A DNA stretch of 64,000 nt, from contig CAYLRN010000009.1 of NCBI GenBank assembly GCA_964386385.1, positions 28,488 to 92,487 on the forward strand. The letters run 5' to 3'. Numbering within the stretch: the first letter of the stretch is position 1; every line of letters begins with the position of its first letter. Source of the DNA: an uncultured Lentisphaeraceae bacterium (GTDB lineage: Bacteria; Verrucomicrobiota; Kiritimatiellia; RFP12; UBA1067). The position numbers were made by a program, and so were the translations under genes. Of the stretch, positions 43,203 through 52,193 are shown in pieces. The notes under the pieces are model-generated. The model was not told where the DNA came from and did not search any database. It saw nothing but the letters and a program-made list of their open reading frames with translations.

Positions 43203-45290
43203 ATGAAAACGAAAGTATTTCTAGTCGGGCTGATGGCGGCGGCGCTGTCGGCGGGGTGCTTTGCGGACGCGGTCGTGTACGTGGATGGACTCGACCTGTC
43301 CGGGATGGCGGCGGGGCGCGGGAAGCGTCCCATGTCGCGCAAGTCCGTGAGCGGCGGCGAACTGCGCCTCGGCGCGGGACGCTACGAGCGCGGGTTCGGG
43401 ACATGTCCCGAGTCCGCCGTCGCGTTCAGCCTCGGCGGAAAGGCGATGGCGTTCGACGCGGTTGTCGGCATCGACGCGGACGCCGCCCGCGAAAAGACCT
43501 CCGGCCGCCCGGCCGGCGCGATCTTCCGCGTCTGGGCGGACGGAAAGATCGTCCACGACACCGGCGCCATTCGCGAGAGGGACAGGCCGCGCGCGATCCA
43601 CGTGGACCTGAGGGGCGTCGACGAAGTCGTCCTTGAAACTGCCTCCTATGCGCCGTGGTGCGGATTCGAGTGCTCGAACGCGGACTGGGCGGAGGCTAAG
43701 TTCACCGTCGCCGACGGAGCGGAGGTCAGGCCCGTCGCATCGTCGCGCTTCGCGCAGCTCGGCATTCTCACGCCGCCGGAGCCTGCCGCGCCGCAGTTCA
43801 ACGGCGCGGAGGTGTGGGGCGTCCGCCCGAGGCGGCCCGTCATCTTCCGCGTCCCGGTCTCCGGCGTCCGCCCGATGGCGTTTTCAGCAACAGGTCTTCC
43901 GGACGGCGTGACGCTTGACGCGAAGGGCGTTCTGCGCGGCACTGCCCCCGCGACGGCGGGCGACTATCCGATTTCCGTCACGGCTAAGAATGCGGCCGGC
44001 TTCGCCTCGCGCGTCGTCACGCTCCGCGTGGGCGATACGATCTGCCTGACCCCGCCGATGGGCTGGAACAGCTGGAACATCTGGGGATGGTCGCTCACGG
44101 CGGAGTACGCAAAGCGCGCCGCGCGCGCGCTCGACGCATCCGGGCTTGGCGACTACGGCTACGCATACGTCAACCTCGACGACTGGTGGCAGCGCAACAA
44201 CTCCGACTGCCCGCGCTCGAAGGAGCGCACGGACGTGAAGGGACCCGCCCGCGACGCGAACGGAAAGATCCTTCCGAACGGCGGATTCCCGGACATGAAG
44301 GAAGTCGCCGACTACATTCACTCCTTCGGCTTCAAGGCAGGCCTCTACTCCAGCCCCGGGCCGCTCACGTGCGGACAGTGCGAGGGCAGCTACGGACACG
44401 AAAGGCAGGACGCGGAGAGCTACGCCGAATGGGGCTTCGACTACCTGAAGTACGACTGGTGCTCCTACGGCGACATCTTCAAGAAGGAGACCGGCTGGGA
44501 CACGTGGGAGTGGATGGGCGGCGGCCGCGTCGGGCGCAATCCGAAGAACAAGCCCCTGCCTCCGCGCTCTGCGTTCGAGAAGCCGTATCGCCTGATGAAC
44601 GAGCATCTCCGCGCGCAGAACCGCGACATCGTCTACGCCTACTGCCAGTACGGATGCGGCGACACGCAGCTGTGGGGCCGCGACGCCGGCGCGAACGTGT
44701 GGCGCTCGTGGCAGGACCTGAAGGACACGTGGACGTGGATGCGCATCGCCATCGAAGGCTACGTCCCGAACGCGGAGTTCCACAAGTACACCGGACCCGG
44801 CTTCTGGGCGGACCCGGACATGATGATCGTCGGCCGGCAGCGTTCGTTCGGCACGACGCATCCGACGTTCCTTACGCCGAACGAGCAGTACACGCACGTC
44901 TCCCTCTGGTCCCTCCTCGCCGCGCCGCTGCTGATCGGTACTGACCTTGAGCAACTCGACCCGTTCACGAAGTCGATTCTCGCCAACCGCGAGCTGATCG
45001 CAATCAACCAGGACGTGCTGGGACGCCAGGCGCGCCGGATCCACCGCGAAGACGCCTTCGAGGTCTGGGCGCGTCCCCTTGCGAACGGCGACATGGCCGT
45101 CGGCCTCATGAACTGCTACCCGCTTTCCCGCAGGATTGCCCTGGACCTTCCGGCCGTCGGCGTCTCCGGCGCCTGCACGGTCCGCGACGCCTGGCGCCAG
45201 AAAGACCTGGGGACGTTCTCCGGCCTGTACGCGACTGAAGTCCCCGGACACGCGACGCAGGTTCTGCGTCTGCGCCCTGCGGCGAAATAG
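43203..45290 (+). CDS. GH27 alpha-galactosidase with an N-terminal NPCBM/F5-8-type carbohydrate-binding domain
   Basis: Signal peptide. GH27 motifs PPMGWNSWN and FDYLKYDWC (nucleophile Asp). Confidence 0.65.
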   Translation: MKTKVFLVGLMAAALSAGCFADAVVYVDGLDLSGMAAGRGKRPMSRKSVSGGELRLGAGRYERGFGTCPESAVAFSLGGKAMAFDAVVGIDADAAREKTSGRPAGAIFRVWADGKIVHDTGAIRERDRPRAIHVDLRGVDEVVLETASYAPWCGFECSNADWAEAKFTVADGAEVRPVASSRFAQLGILTPPEPAAPQFNGAEVWGVRPRRPVIFRVPVSGVRPMAFSATGLPDGVTLDAKGVLRGTAPATAGDYPISVTAKNAAGFASRVVTLRVGDTICLTPPMGWNSWNIWGWSLTAEYAKRAARALDASGLGDYGYAYVNLDDWWQRNNSDCPRSKERTDVKGPARDANGKILPNGGFPDMKEVADYIHSFGFKAGLYSSPGPLTCGQCEGSYGHERQDAESYAEWGFDYLKYDWCSYGDIFKKETGWDTWEWMGGGRVGRNPKNKPLPPRSAFEKPYRLMNEHLRAQNRDIVYAYCQYGCGDTQLWGRDAGANVWRSWQDLKDTWTWMRIAIEGYVPNAEFHKYTGPGFWADPDMMIVGRQRSFGTTHPTFLTPNEQYTHVSLWSLLAAPLLIGTDLEQLDPFTKSILANRELIAINQDVLGRQARRIHREDAFEVWARPLANGDMAVGLMNCYPLSRRIALDLPAVGVSGACTVRDAWRQKDLGTFSGLYATEVPGHATQVLRLRPAAK

Positions 45291-45327
45291 GCGTTCGGAC
45301 CTGCCGCCGCCGAATCCCCCCTGCGCG

Positions 45328-46056
45328 TCAGCCGCCGTACGTCTCAAGATAGCGGCGCGAGACCTCCGCAGGGTCGTGCAGCGTGTCGAACGAAGCGGCG
45401 ACGGCGCCGTTCCGGATGAAGTGCACGCGGGAGGCGGACGCGGCCACGACCGGGTCGTGGGTTACGAGGAGGATGGCGCTTGCCTCCTCCTTGTTCAGTT
45501 TCGACATCAGCTCGCATATTCCGCGCGCGGCCGCAATGTCGAGGTTTCCAGTCGGCTCGTCCGCGAGGACGACGTCCGGCTTCGCGAAGAGGGCCCTGGC
45601 GATGGCGACGCGCTGGCGTTCGCCGCCGGAGAGCTCCATCGGGTGGCGGCCGGCCTTTTCACGCAGCCCCAGCCTTTCCAGAAGCGAATCGAGACGCGCC
45701 GCGTCGGGCTTTCCGTGGTCTAGCCTCACCGGCAGCACGACGTTCTCCGCAACCGTGAGCGAATCTATCAAGTTGAAGCTCTGGAAGACGACCCCCACGT
45801 GGCGGCGGCGGAACTTCGTGGCCGCCGCATCGCCCATCGCCGTGACGTCGCTTCCGCCGATGAGAATCCGGCCGGACGCAGGCGAGAGCAGTCCCGCCGC
45901 AAGATGCAGGAACGTGGACTTGCCGCTTCCGGACGGCCCCATGAGCGCCTCGAACGCCCCCGCCTCGACCGTCAACGAGAAATCCCTGAGGACATCCACC
46001 CTGGCGTCTCCGCCACCGAACGAGTGGTTCAGGCCTTCCGCCTTCAACGCTTCCAT
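45328..46056 (-). CDS. ABC transporter ATP-binding protein (LolD/MacB/FtsE-like), with no permease gene adjacent
   Basis: Walker A GPSGSGKST, signature LSGGERQRVAIARAL, Walker B VVLADEPT. Confidence 0.7.
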   Translation of the reverse strand: MEALKAEGLNHSFGGGDARVDVLRDFSLTVEAGAFEALMGPSGSGKSTFLHLAAGLLSPASGRILIGGSDVTAMGDAAATKFRRRHVGVVFQSFNLIDSLTVAENVVLPVRLDHGKPDAARLDSLLERLGLREKAGRHPMELSGGERQRVAIARALFAKPDVVLADEPTGNLDIAAARGICELMSKLNKEEASAILLVTHDPVVAASASRVHFIRNGAVAASFDTLHDPAEVSRRYLETYGG

Positions 46057-46158
46057 AAAATCGCCTTTCCTTACAGACACTGTAAAAAAAAATCCGCCGA
46101 ATCGCTCCGCCGGCATTCCGCTAGAACGCAGACGGGGCCGTTGCGGTTCATTTGCCGT

Positions 46159-47634
46159 TCAATGCTTCAGCTCTCCCGCCGCCGATTCTGCGGCGCGCTT
46201 CACCGCGGCGGCGACCGCCGCGCCGACGCCGGCGGCGGAGGCGATGTCGCTCTCGTCCGCGCGGGCAATGCCGTAGACGGAATGGAAGCGGCGCAGAAGC
46301 GCGATTTTCTTCGCAGGGCCGATTCCCGGCACCTCGTCGAGGACGGACTCGCGGATCGTCCGCTCCCGCAGGCTGCGGTGGTACGTTATCGCGAACCTGT
46401 GAGCTTCGTCGCGAAGGCGCGTGACGACCATCAGCGCCTCGGAGTCGCGGGGTAGGAAGACGTCGCCGCGTTCGTCGTCCGTGACGAGGATCTCGTGCTG
46501 CTTGGCAAGGCCGATTGTCGGAATGTCCGTGCAGCCGATTTCCGCAAAGCGCGCGCGGGCGGCGCGAAGCTGGGTGACGCCGCCGTCGCAGATGTAGAGG
46601 TCGGCGCGTGGGGATTTCGCAAGGAGCGTAGAATCGGGGCCGTAGCGGCGCAGGACGACTTCGGACATGGCGCGCGGGTCGTCGGCGCCCTCGAACGATT
46701 CGATCCTGAAGTGCCGGTAGTGCCGTCTGTCCGGCAGACCGTCCACCGCCACGACGAGCGACGCCACGTTGTGCGTTCCGAATAGGTTTGAGATGTCCAC
46801 GCACTCTATCACGCGCGGCGGCGCCGCCAGCCCCAGCGCGTCGGCGAGCTCGGCAAGTCCGCGCCTTGCGTCCTCGCGCCGCATTTCGGGCGGCTTGCGG
46901 ACGAAATGCGCTTTCGTCATTTCCTTCAGGGCGGCGATCGTGTCGCGCAGGCGCGCCGCCTTTGCGAAATCCTCCTTCGCCGCGGCGGCTTTCATCTCCT
47001 CCGCCAGGTCCGCGATCACCCCCGGCCTCTCGCCCTTCAGGAACGCGCACGCCTCGTCGAAGCGCGCGCGGTAGTCGGCGGCGGAAATGCGTCCCATGCA
47101 CGGCGCCGTGCAGAAGCGCACCACGTCGGCATGGCAGTGGACGTGCGCCTCCTCGTCGGGGGCGAGGACCGTGCAGCCGCGAAGGCCGTAGCGTTTCTCC
47201 ACGAAGTCCTTCGCGGCGCGGACGACCGGCGCGGACGGGAACGGGCCGAAGTAAAGCGCTCCGTCGTCGCGCACGATCCTGCACGTCGCGAAGCGCGGGA
47301 AGGGGTCGTCCACGTCCGCGCGCAGCGCCAGGTAGCGCTTGTCGTCGCGCATCAGCACGTTGAAGTGCGGCTTGTAGCGCTTTATGAGATTCGCCTCGGT
47401 CAGCAGCGCCTCGGCCTCGTTCCGCACCGTCACGAACTCCAGGTCTGCGACGGTGTTGACCATCGAGCGCACTTTCGGCGCATGGTCGGCGTTGGGGCGA
47501 AAATAGGAAAGAACCCGCTTGCGCAGGTTCTTCGCCTTGCCGACGTAGACTATCACGCCCCGGCGGTCTCTCATCAGATAGCAGCCGGGGCGGTTGGGAA
47601 CGGTCTTAAGCCGCTCTCTGAGCGCGTCGGTCAC
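46159..47634 (-). CDS. uvrC: Excinuclease ABC subunit C (short form, 491 aa); GTG start overlapping the tatA stop
   Basis: GIY-YIG motif PGCYLMRDRRGVIVYVGKAKNLRKRVLSYF. UVR-like AKAARLRDTIAAL. C-terminal HhH region. Confidence 0.7.
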   Translation of the reverse strand: MTDALRERLKTVPNRPGCYLMRDRRGVIVYVGKAKNLRKRVLSYFRPNADHAPKVRSMVNTVADLEFVTVRNEAEALLTEANLIKRYKPHFNVLMRDDKRYLALRADVDDPFPRFATCRIVRDDGALYFGPFPSAPVVRAAKDFVEKRYGLRGCTVLAPDEEAHVHCHADVVRFCTAPCMGRISAADYRARFDEACAFLKGERPGVIADLAEEMKAAAAKEDFAKAARLRDTIAALKEMTKAHFVRKPPEMRREDARRGLAELADALGLAAPPRVIECVDISNLFGTHNVASLVVAVDGLPDRRHYRHFRIESFEGADDPRAMSEVVLRRYGPDSTLLAKSPRADLYICDGGVTQLRAARARFAEIGCTDIPTIGLAKQHEILVTDDERGDVFLPRDSEALMVVTRLRDEAHRFAITYHRSLRERTIRESVLDEVPGIGPAKKIALLRRFHSVYGIARADESDIASAAGVGAAVAAAVKRAAESAAGELKH

Positions 47635-47822
47635 TTCTCGTCGGCGGACTTGCTCTCGTCCTTGGCCTCGTCGGACAGCAGGGCCTCGCCCTCTTCCGCG
47701 CCCTTTTTGAATTCGCCCTTCGCCTTTCCGAGCGCGCGGGCGAGTTCGGGGAGTTTCTTGCTCCCGAACACGAGAACGATCACAACCAACAACAAGACGA
47801 TTTGCCAGGGTCCTGAAAACAT
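47631..47822 (-). CDS. tatA: Twin-arginine translocase TatA/E-family protein
   Basis: MFSGPWQIVLLLVVIVLVFGSKKLPELARALGKAKGEFKKG, 63 aa. Confidence 0.8.
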   Translation of the reverse strand: MFSGPWQIVLLLVVIVLVFGSKKLPELARALGKAKGEFKKGAEEGEALLSDEAKDESKSADEK

Positions 47823-47899
47823 GCTATTTCTCCTTTTGAAGACTTCCAATACTTTACCGAAAATCGCGGAATCAATCAAGGGCAGAATGCCCTTTGCCT

Positions 47900-48976
47900 T
47901 CATTCGCCGGCGAGCTTGAGGGCGGGCTGGTCGGCGGCGCTCCTTTTTTGGAACTTCAGGGCGCCGGGGCAGTCGTCGGAGGCGGAGAAGCCGGAATACG
48001 ACATGTTGCGCCACTCGACCTGTCCGCATCCCTCGTACACGGTGCACTTCGGCGACGTCTTCACGAACGCTCCCTCGCTGACGAGGAGGCGGCCGCGCAG
48101 ATGCCTTATGACTGTGACGTCGTCCAGCTTGAAGCCGTAGTTGTTGAAGTAGGAGCAGCCGAGCATCCGCGTGTCCCAGCCGCCGATTTCGTAGCCGACC
48201 TTGCCGGTGTCGGCATAGCAGTCGCGCAGGATTGTGCTGCCGGCCTTGTCGCCAATGCGGAAGTTGACGGAGCCCTTGAGCATTTCACGCGGCTCGCCGG
48301 GCTTCAGGGCGGGCAGCGGTCCGCCCCACACGTGGCAGCGCGTCAGGCGGTTGGAGCCGCCCCTGGCGACGTTGAAGCCGATCGTGTAGTCTACGACTAC
48401 GCAGTCGGTGTAGTGGCTGTCGCCGCCCTGTATGTCGACGGCGACGTTGCCGGCGAGTCCGGAGATCACGCACTTGAAGTAGAGGTTGTTCGCGATCAGC
48501 TCGTATCCGCCGACGACGCGCAGGCCCGCCTCCTTGCCGTTGAGGAACGTCGCGTCCTTCAGCGTGAAGTGGGCGAAACCCGTCAGGCGCATGCAGGACG
48601 CGAGGCCGCTGCCGTCTACAACGCCGCCGGAGACGAAGACGTTGTAGTCGTGGGCGTTGTTGTTCTGCGCGCATACGTCGAGGACGAACGGCATTTCCGC
48701 CACCGCCTTCAGCACGGCGCCCTTGTGCATTTCGAGCGAACAGAGGTTGCGCACGGAAAGCGTCTTCGAAATGCGGTAGACGCCGCGCGGGACGTGGAGG
48801 ACGCCGTCCGCCGTCGCGTCGATTGCGCGCTGAAGGCGCGCCGTGTCGTCAGGCTCGCCCGCGCAGACGGGGAATTCCGCAAGCGACCTGTCCCATCCCG
48901 CCGCAAGCAGGTCCGCGGTCCCGGCGCAAAGCGCGAGCGCGAACGCCGTTCCAATCGCAAAGTTCCTGATTCTCAT
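47900..48976 (-). CDS. Secreted right-handed beta-helix protein (pectate-lyase-superfamily / Pectate_lyase_3-like)
   Basis: Signal peptide. DTARLQRAIDATADGVLHVPRGVY is typical of the Pectate_lyase_3 N-terminus. Confidence 0.5.
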   Translation of the reverse strand: MRIRNFAIGTAFALALCAGTADLLAAGWDRSLAEFPVCAGEPDDTARLQRAIDATADGVLHVPRGVYRISKTLSVRNLCSLEMHKGAVLKAVAEMPFVLDVCAQNNNAHDYNVFVSGGVVDGSGLASCMRLTGFAHFTLKDATFLNGKEAGLRVVGGYELIANNLYFKCVISGLAGNVAVDIQGGDSHYTDCVVVDYTIGFNVARGGSNRLTRCHVWGGPLPALKPGEPREMLKGSVNFRIGDKAGSTILRDCYADTGKVGYEIGGWDTRMLGCSYFNNYGFKLDDVTVIRHLRGRLLVSEGAFVKTSPKCTVYEGCGQVEWRNMSYSGFSASDDCPGALKFQKRSAADQPALKLAGE

Positions 48977-48997
48977 GTTCCTTCTCCTCTTCTTCTT

Positions 48998-50032
48998 CTA
49001 CTGGACGATCTTGATGGACTTCACCTCGAAGCCGTGCGGAAGGTCAAGCGTGTCCGCGCACAGCCACTTGCCGAAGCAGAAGTGGACGGACGTGAACTTC
49101 GCCGGCTCCGGTCTGGCATCAGGCGGAATCGCGGGCAGCCCCCAGTGGCGGAAGTACCGCATCCGCCTGAACGGCAGCACGACCTCCTGCCAGTCGGAAC
49201 CGATCGCAAGGTCGGTGGAGCCCCATGTCCTGCCGTCGGACTGGTGGAAGCCGATCTCGACCGCGCGCGTCTGCGGGTCTGTCGCGCGAATCGTCAGGAC
49301 GAGCTTTCCGCCCGACCCACGGAACGCCATGCCGTCGAAGAGGCTCTGCCCGTCGATGGGAATGCTGAACGAGCGCGCATCGGGCTTGCCATTGAACTCG
49401 CCCGGACGCGACGCGAAGACGAGCGGCGCCCGGTCTGCCGGCAGAAGTTCGCGCTCCTCCGGCCAGGGCTGCCCGCCGCGGCTGCGCATCAGATGCGCCT
49501 CGACGACGGAGAGGTCGCGCAGGACGATCCGCGCGGCCGTCCCTCCGTTCGCGCTCTTCACTCCCAGGGCGAGTTCCGAGACGTTCGCCCAGCGGTTCGA
49601 CGGCAGGGACGTCCATCCATTCTCCGGAGCGCAGTCCGCCGGCGAGAGCTCAAGCGTCCGGCGGCCAGGCGGAAGGCAGGTCTTCCAGCCGAATCCGCCG
49701 CCGCCCTTCGCGCGGAAGCCGATGGAGAGTTCGACGGGGACGGCGCCGTCGTTGGCGACGTCCGCCTGGACAATCGAGCCGTCAGACGCCGGCTGCGCGG
49801 GAGCGATTGGATAGACGCATTCGCCCGCCGCGCCGGAGAGGACGACGTAGGCCTCAGGCGTCCGCGTCGCTACGACCGCGCTGCCGCCGGACGGCTGCGG
49901 CGCGGCGGACGGCTGCGGCAGCAGCGCCGTCGGCACGGCGTCCTCCGCCGCGAACCACGAGGACTCGGCGGCACATGTCCCCGCCGCCATCAAGGCGGCG
50001 CATCCAAGCAGAGGCACAAGTTTCATCGGCAT
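48998..50032 (-). CDS. Hypothetical secreted protein
   Basis: Signal peptide MPMKLVPLLGCAALMAAGTCAA. No recognisable motifs. Confidence 0.4.
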   Translation of the reverse strand: MPMKLVPLLGCAALMAAGTCAAESSWFAAEDAVPTALLPQPSAAPQPSGGSAVVATRTPEAYVVLSGAAGECVYPIAPAQPASDGSIVQADVANDGAVPVELSIGFRAKGGGGFGWKTCLPPGRRTLELSPADCAPENGWTSLPSNRWANVSELALGVKSANGGTAARIVLRDLSVVEAHLMRSRGGQPWPEERELLPADRAPLVFASRPGEFNGKPDARSFSIPIDGQSLFDGMAFRGSGGKLVLTIRATDPQTRAVEIGFHQSDGRTWGSTDLAIGSDWQEVVLPFRRMRYFRHWGLPAIPPDARPEPAKFTSVHFCFGKWLCADTLDLPHGFEVKSIKIVQ

Positions 50033-50100
50033 TCTTTTCGCGTCCTGACATTGCACAAAACGTCCATTGGCGGCATTATCCCTAAAATCGCGGCAGAAGT

Positions 50101-50343
50101 CAACTTGACTGCTTGACCACTTGATCTCCATGGGAGGGTCTCATTCGGTAGGGCGGGGCGTCCCGCCCCGCCGACGCGGGCGCAACGGCGCGACGGGACG
50201 TCGCGCCCTACCATGGAGATTAAGTGGTTAGACGAGGACATCCGCGCTCCCCGGGGATTAAGTGGTTAGGTGCAGGTCGGACGTCGGGCAGGCGCAAACT
50301 TAACCACTTAACAACTTAACCACTTAATGGTACACTGTCGGGC
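50101..50343. repeat. Composite REP array (family A pair plus TTAAGTGG block) upstream of AAA-ATPase-like gene copy 2
   Basis: GGTAGGGCGGGGCGTCCCGCCCCGCC (50147-50172), GGCGCGACGGGACGTCGCGCCCTACC (50187-50212), then CATGGAGATTAAGTGGTTAG ... GGATTAAGTGGTTAGGTGCAGGTCGGACGTCGGGCAGGCGCAAACTTAACCACTTAACAACTTAACCACTTAATGGTACACT. Confidence 0.8.
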
Positions 50344-52101
50344 ATGGAAGAACACGAGCCGAAGAGAATAGCCTACGGCGTGATCAACTACGCCGAGCTC
50401 GTCCGCGAATGCCACTTCGTGGACAACACCGCGCACCTCCGCGCGCTCGAGCGCGTGAAGACGCCCATCTTCCTGCGCCCGAAGCGCTTCGGCAAGTCGC
50501 TCTGGTGCTCCATGCTCGGCTACTACTACGACGTGAAGGAGAAGGGCAGCTTCGCGGAACTGTTCGGCAATACGGACATCGGCCGGCGACCCACGCCGCT
50601 TGCGAACTCGTTCCTCGTGATCAAGTTCGACTTCTCCGTCATCACCGTCGGGACGCTTGCGGAGATTGAGCGGAACTTCTTCACGCACGTGAAGGGCTGT
50701 GTCGCGAACTTCGCGGCGCACTACCGCGACCTGGCGGACTGGTCGTCCGCGCTGGCGATGACAGACGCTGCCGCGATGGTGGAGGAGGTCCGCAACGTCG
50801 TCGCCCGCAACGGTCTCCCGCCGCTGTACGCGATCGTGGACGAGTACGACAACTTCACGAACGAACTGGTGGTGTCCGGACGCGACGCGGACTACGACGC
50901 CGTGTGCGGACACGACGGCGGGGCGGTGCGCGAATCGTTCTTCAAGGCGTTCTTCAAGTCGTTCAAGGCGGGGCTCGCCGACGGCACGGTCGGGCGCACG
51001 TACTTCACGGGCGTGCTGCCCATCACGCTCGACGACCTTTCGAGCGGGTTCAACGTCGGCACCGTCGTGAGCCTCAACCCGGAGTTCATCTCCATGGTCG
51101 GGTTCACGCAGAGGCAGGTCGAGCGCTACGTGGACGACGTGTTCGCCGACTTCGGGTTCGACCCGGCCTTGAAGCCCACCGTCCTCTCCGACATGAAGGC
51201 GTTCTACGACGGCTACCGCTTCACGCCCGAATCCGAACCGCTCTACAACGCGACGATCTGCAACTGGTACGTGTTCAACCTCGTCTCGAACGGCGGCCGC
51301 CCGCCGACGTACGTGATCGACGCGAACCTGCGGACTGACGTCGGCTGGGTCCGCCGCCTCGGCGGGTCGAACGACAGGGTGCGCGACCGCGTCCGCGCCT
51401 ACGTCGAGCGCGGGGAGGGCGAGGACGCCGATTCGGGCGGACTCTCCGCGAAGTTCGGGCGCGTGAAGTTCTTCTCGAAGGAGTTCTTCCCGTACGCGCT
51501 CTACTACCTGGGGCTTCTCACGTTCGGCGACCGCTTCACGCTCTCAATCCCGAACCTCACGGTCAGGAACATGTTCGTGGACTACTACGACGAGCTCACG
51601 CAGGTCGCCAACGGCGCGGAGGCGAGCCGCCACTTCCTCGCCGCCGCGAAGCGCCTCGCGCTTGGCGACGGCACGTGGAAGGGTCTCTTCGCGGCGTTCT
51701 GGGAGCACTACGTGAAGGCGCGGATTCCCGCGCAGGCGTTCGACCAGATGAACGAGAACTTCTTCCGGACGACGTTCACGTCCCGCGCCTGGGACGCGCT
51801 CTGCCCGTTCTACTCGTTCGAGACGGAGTACAACACGCCCGCCGGGCGCGTCGACTTCCTCGCGACGCCGAAGCCGGGCTACCCGAAGCCCGCGATGCTG
51901 ATCGAGTTCAAGTACTTCACGAACGCGGAGACCGACCGCGTCCGCGCGCTGGAGCGCACCGTCCCCGACGGGGAGACTGCCGCGCAGGCCCGCCGCTACC
52001 GCGAGTCGCTGAAGTCCCGCCTGACGTGGGTCTCGTCCGTAAGGACCGCCGTGATAGAGGTCTGCGGCTCCCGCGGCTGGAACTGGTTCGACGTGGAGTG
52101 A
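50344..52101 (+). CDS. AAA-ATPase-like/PD-(D/E)xK protein, copy 2
   Basis: ~96% identical to 27530-29308, with long DNA-identical internal stretches. Upstream TGGTACACT lies 8 nt before the ATG. Confidence 0.6.
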   Translation: MEEHEPKRIAYGVINYAELVRECHFVDNTAHLRALERVKTPIFLRPKRFGKSLWCSMLGYYYDVKEKGSFAELFGNTDIGRRPTPLANSFLVIKFDFSVITVGTLAEIERNFFTHVKGCVANFAAHYRDLADWSSALAMTDAAAMVEEVRNVVARNGLPPLYAIVDEYDNFTNELVVSGRDADYDAVCGHDGGAVRESFFKAFFKSFKAGLADGTVGRTYFTGVLPITLDDLSSGFNVGTVVSLNPEFISMVGFTQRQVERYVDDVFADFGFDPALKPTVLSDMKAFYDGYRFTPESEPLYNATICNWYVFNLVSNGGRPPTYVIDANLRTDVGWVRRLGGSNDRVRDRVRAYVERGEGEDADSGGLSAKFGRVKFFSKEFFPYALYYLGLLTFGDRFTLSIPNLTVRNMFVDYYDELTQVANGAEASRHFLAAAKRLALGDGTWKGLFAAFWEHYVKARIPAQAFDQMNENFFRTTFTSRAWDALCPFYSFETEYNTPAGRVDFLATPKPGYPKPAMLIEFKYFTNAETDRVRALERTVPDGETAAQARRYRESLKSRLTWVSSVRTAVIEVCGSRGWNWFDVE

Positions 52102-52175
52102 AGCGCCGAGAATGGTCGGCAGATGGTGGCGGACGCATTTCCATTGAACTTTCCCATTTCCATTCCGCCGTTTTT

Positions 52176-52184
52176 TGATACAAT
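52176..52184 (+). promoter_or_regulatory. Extended -10 element TGaTACAAT 9 nt upstream of the secA ATG (leaderless-type arrangement, no SD)
   Basis: TTTTTTGATACAATCATCCGCCTATG. No GGAGG-like sequence between the element and the start. Confidence 0.35.
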
Positions 52185-52193
52185 CATCCGCCT

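Noticed and set aside
45328-46056. Calling the ABC ATPase lolD
   Set aside because: No LolC/E-like permease is adjacent. The sequence alone does not discriminate LolD from MacB or FtsE-type ATPases.
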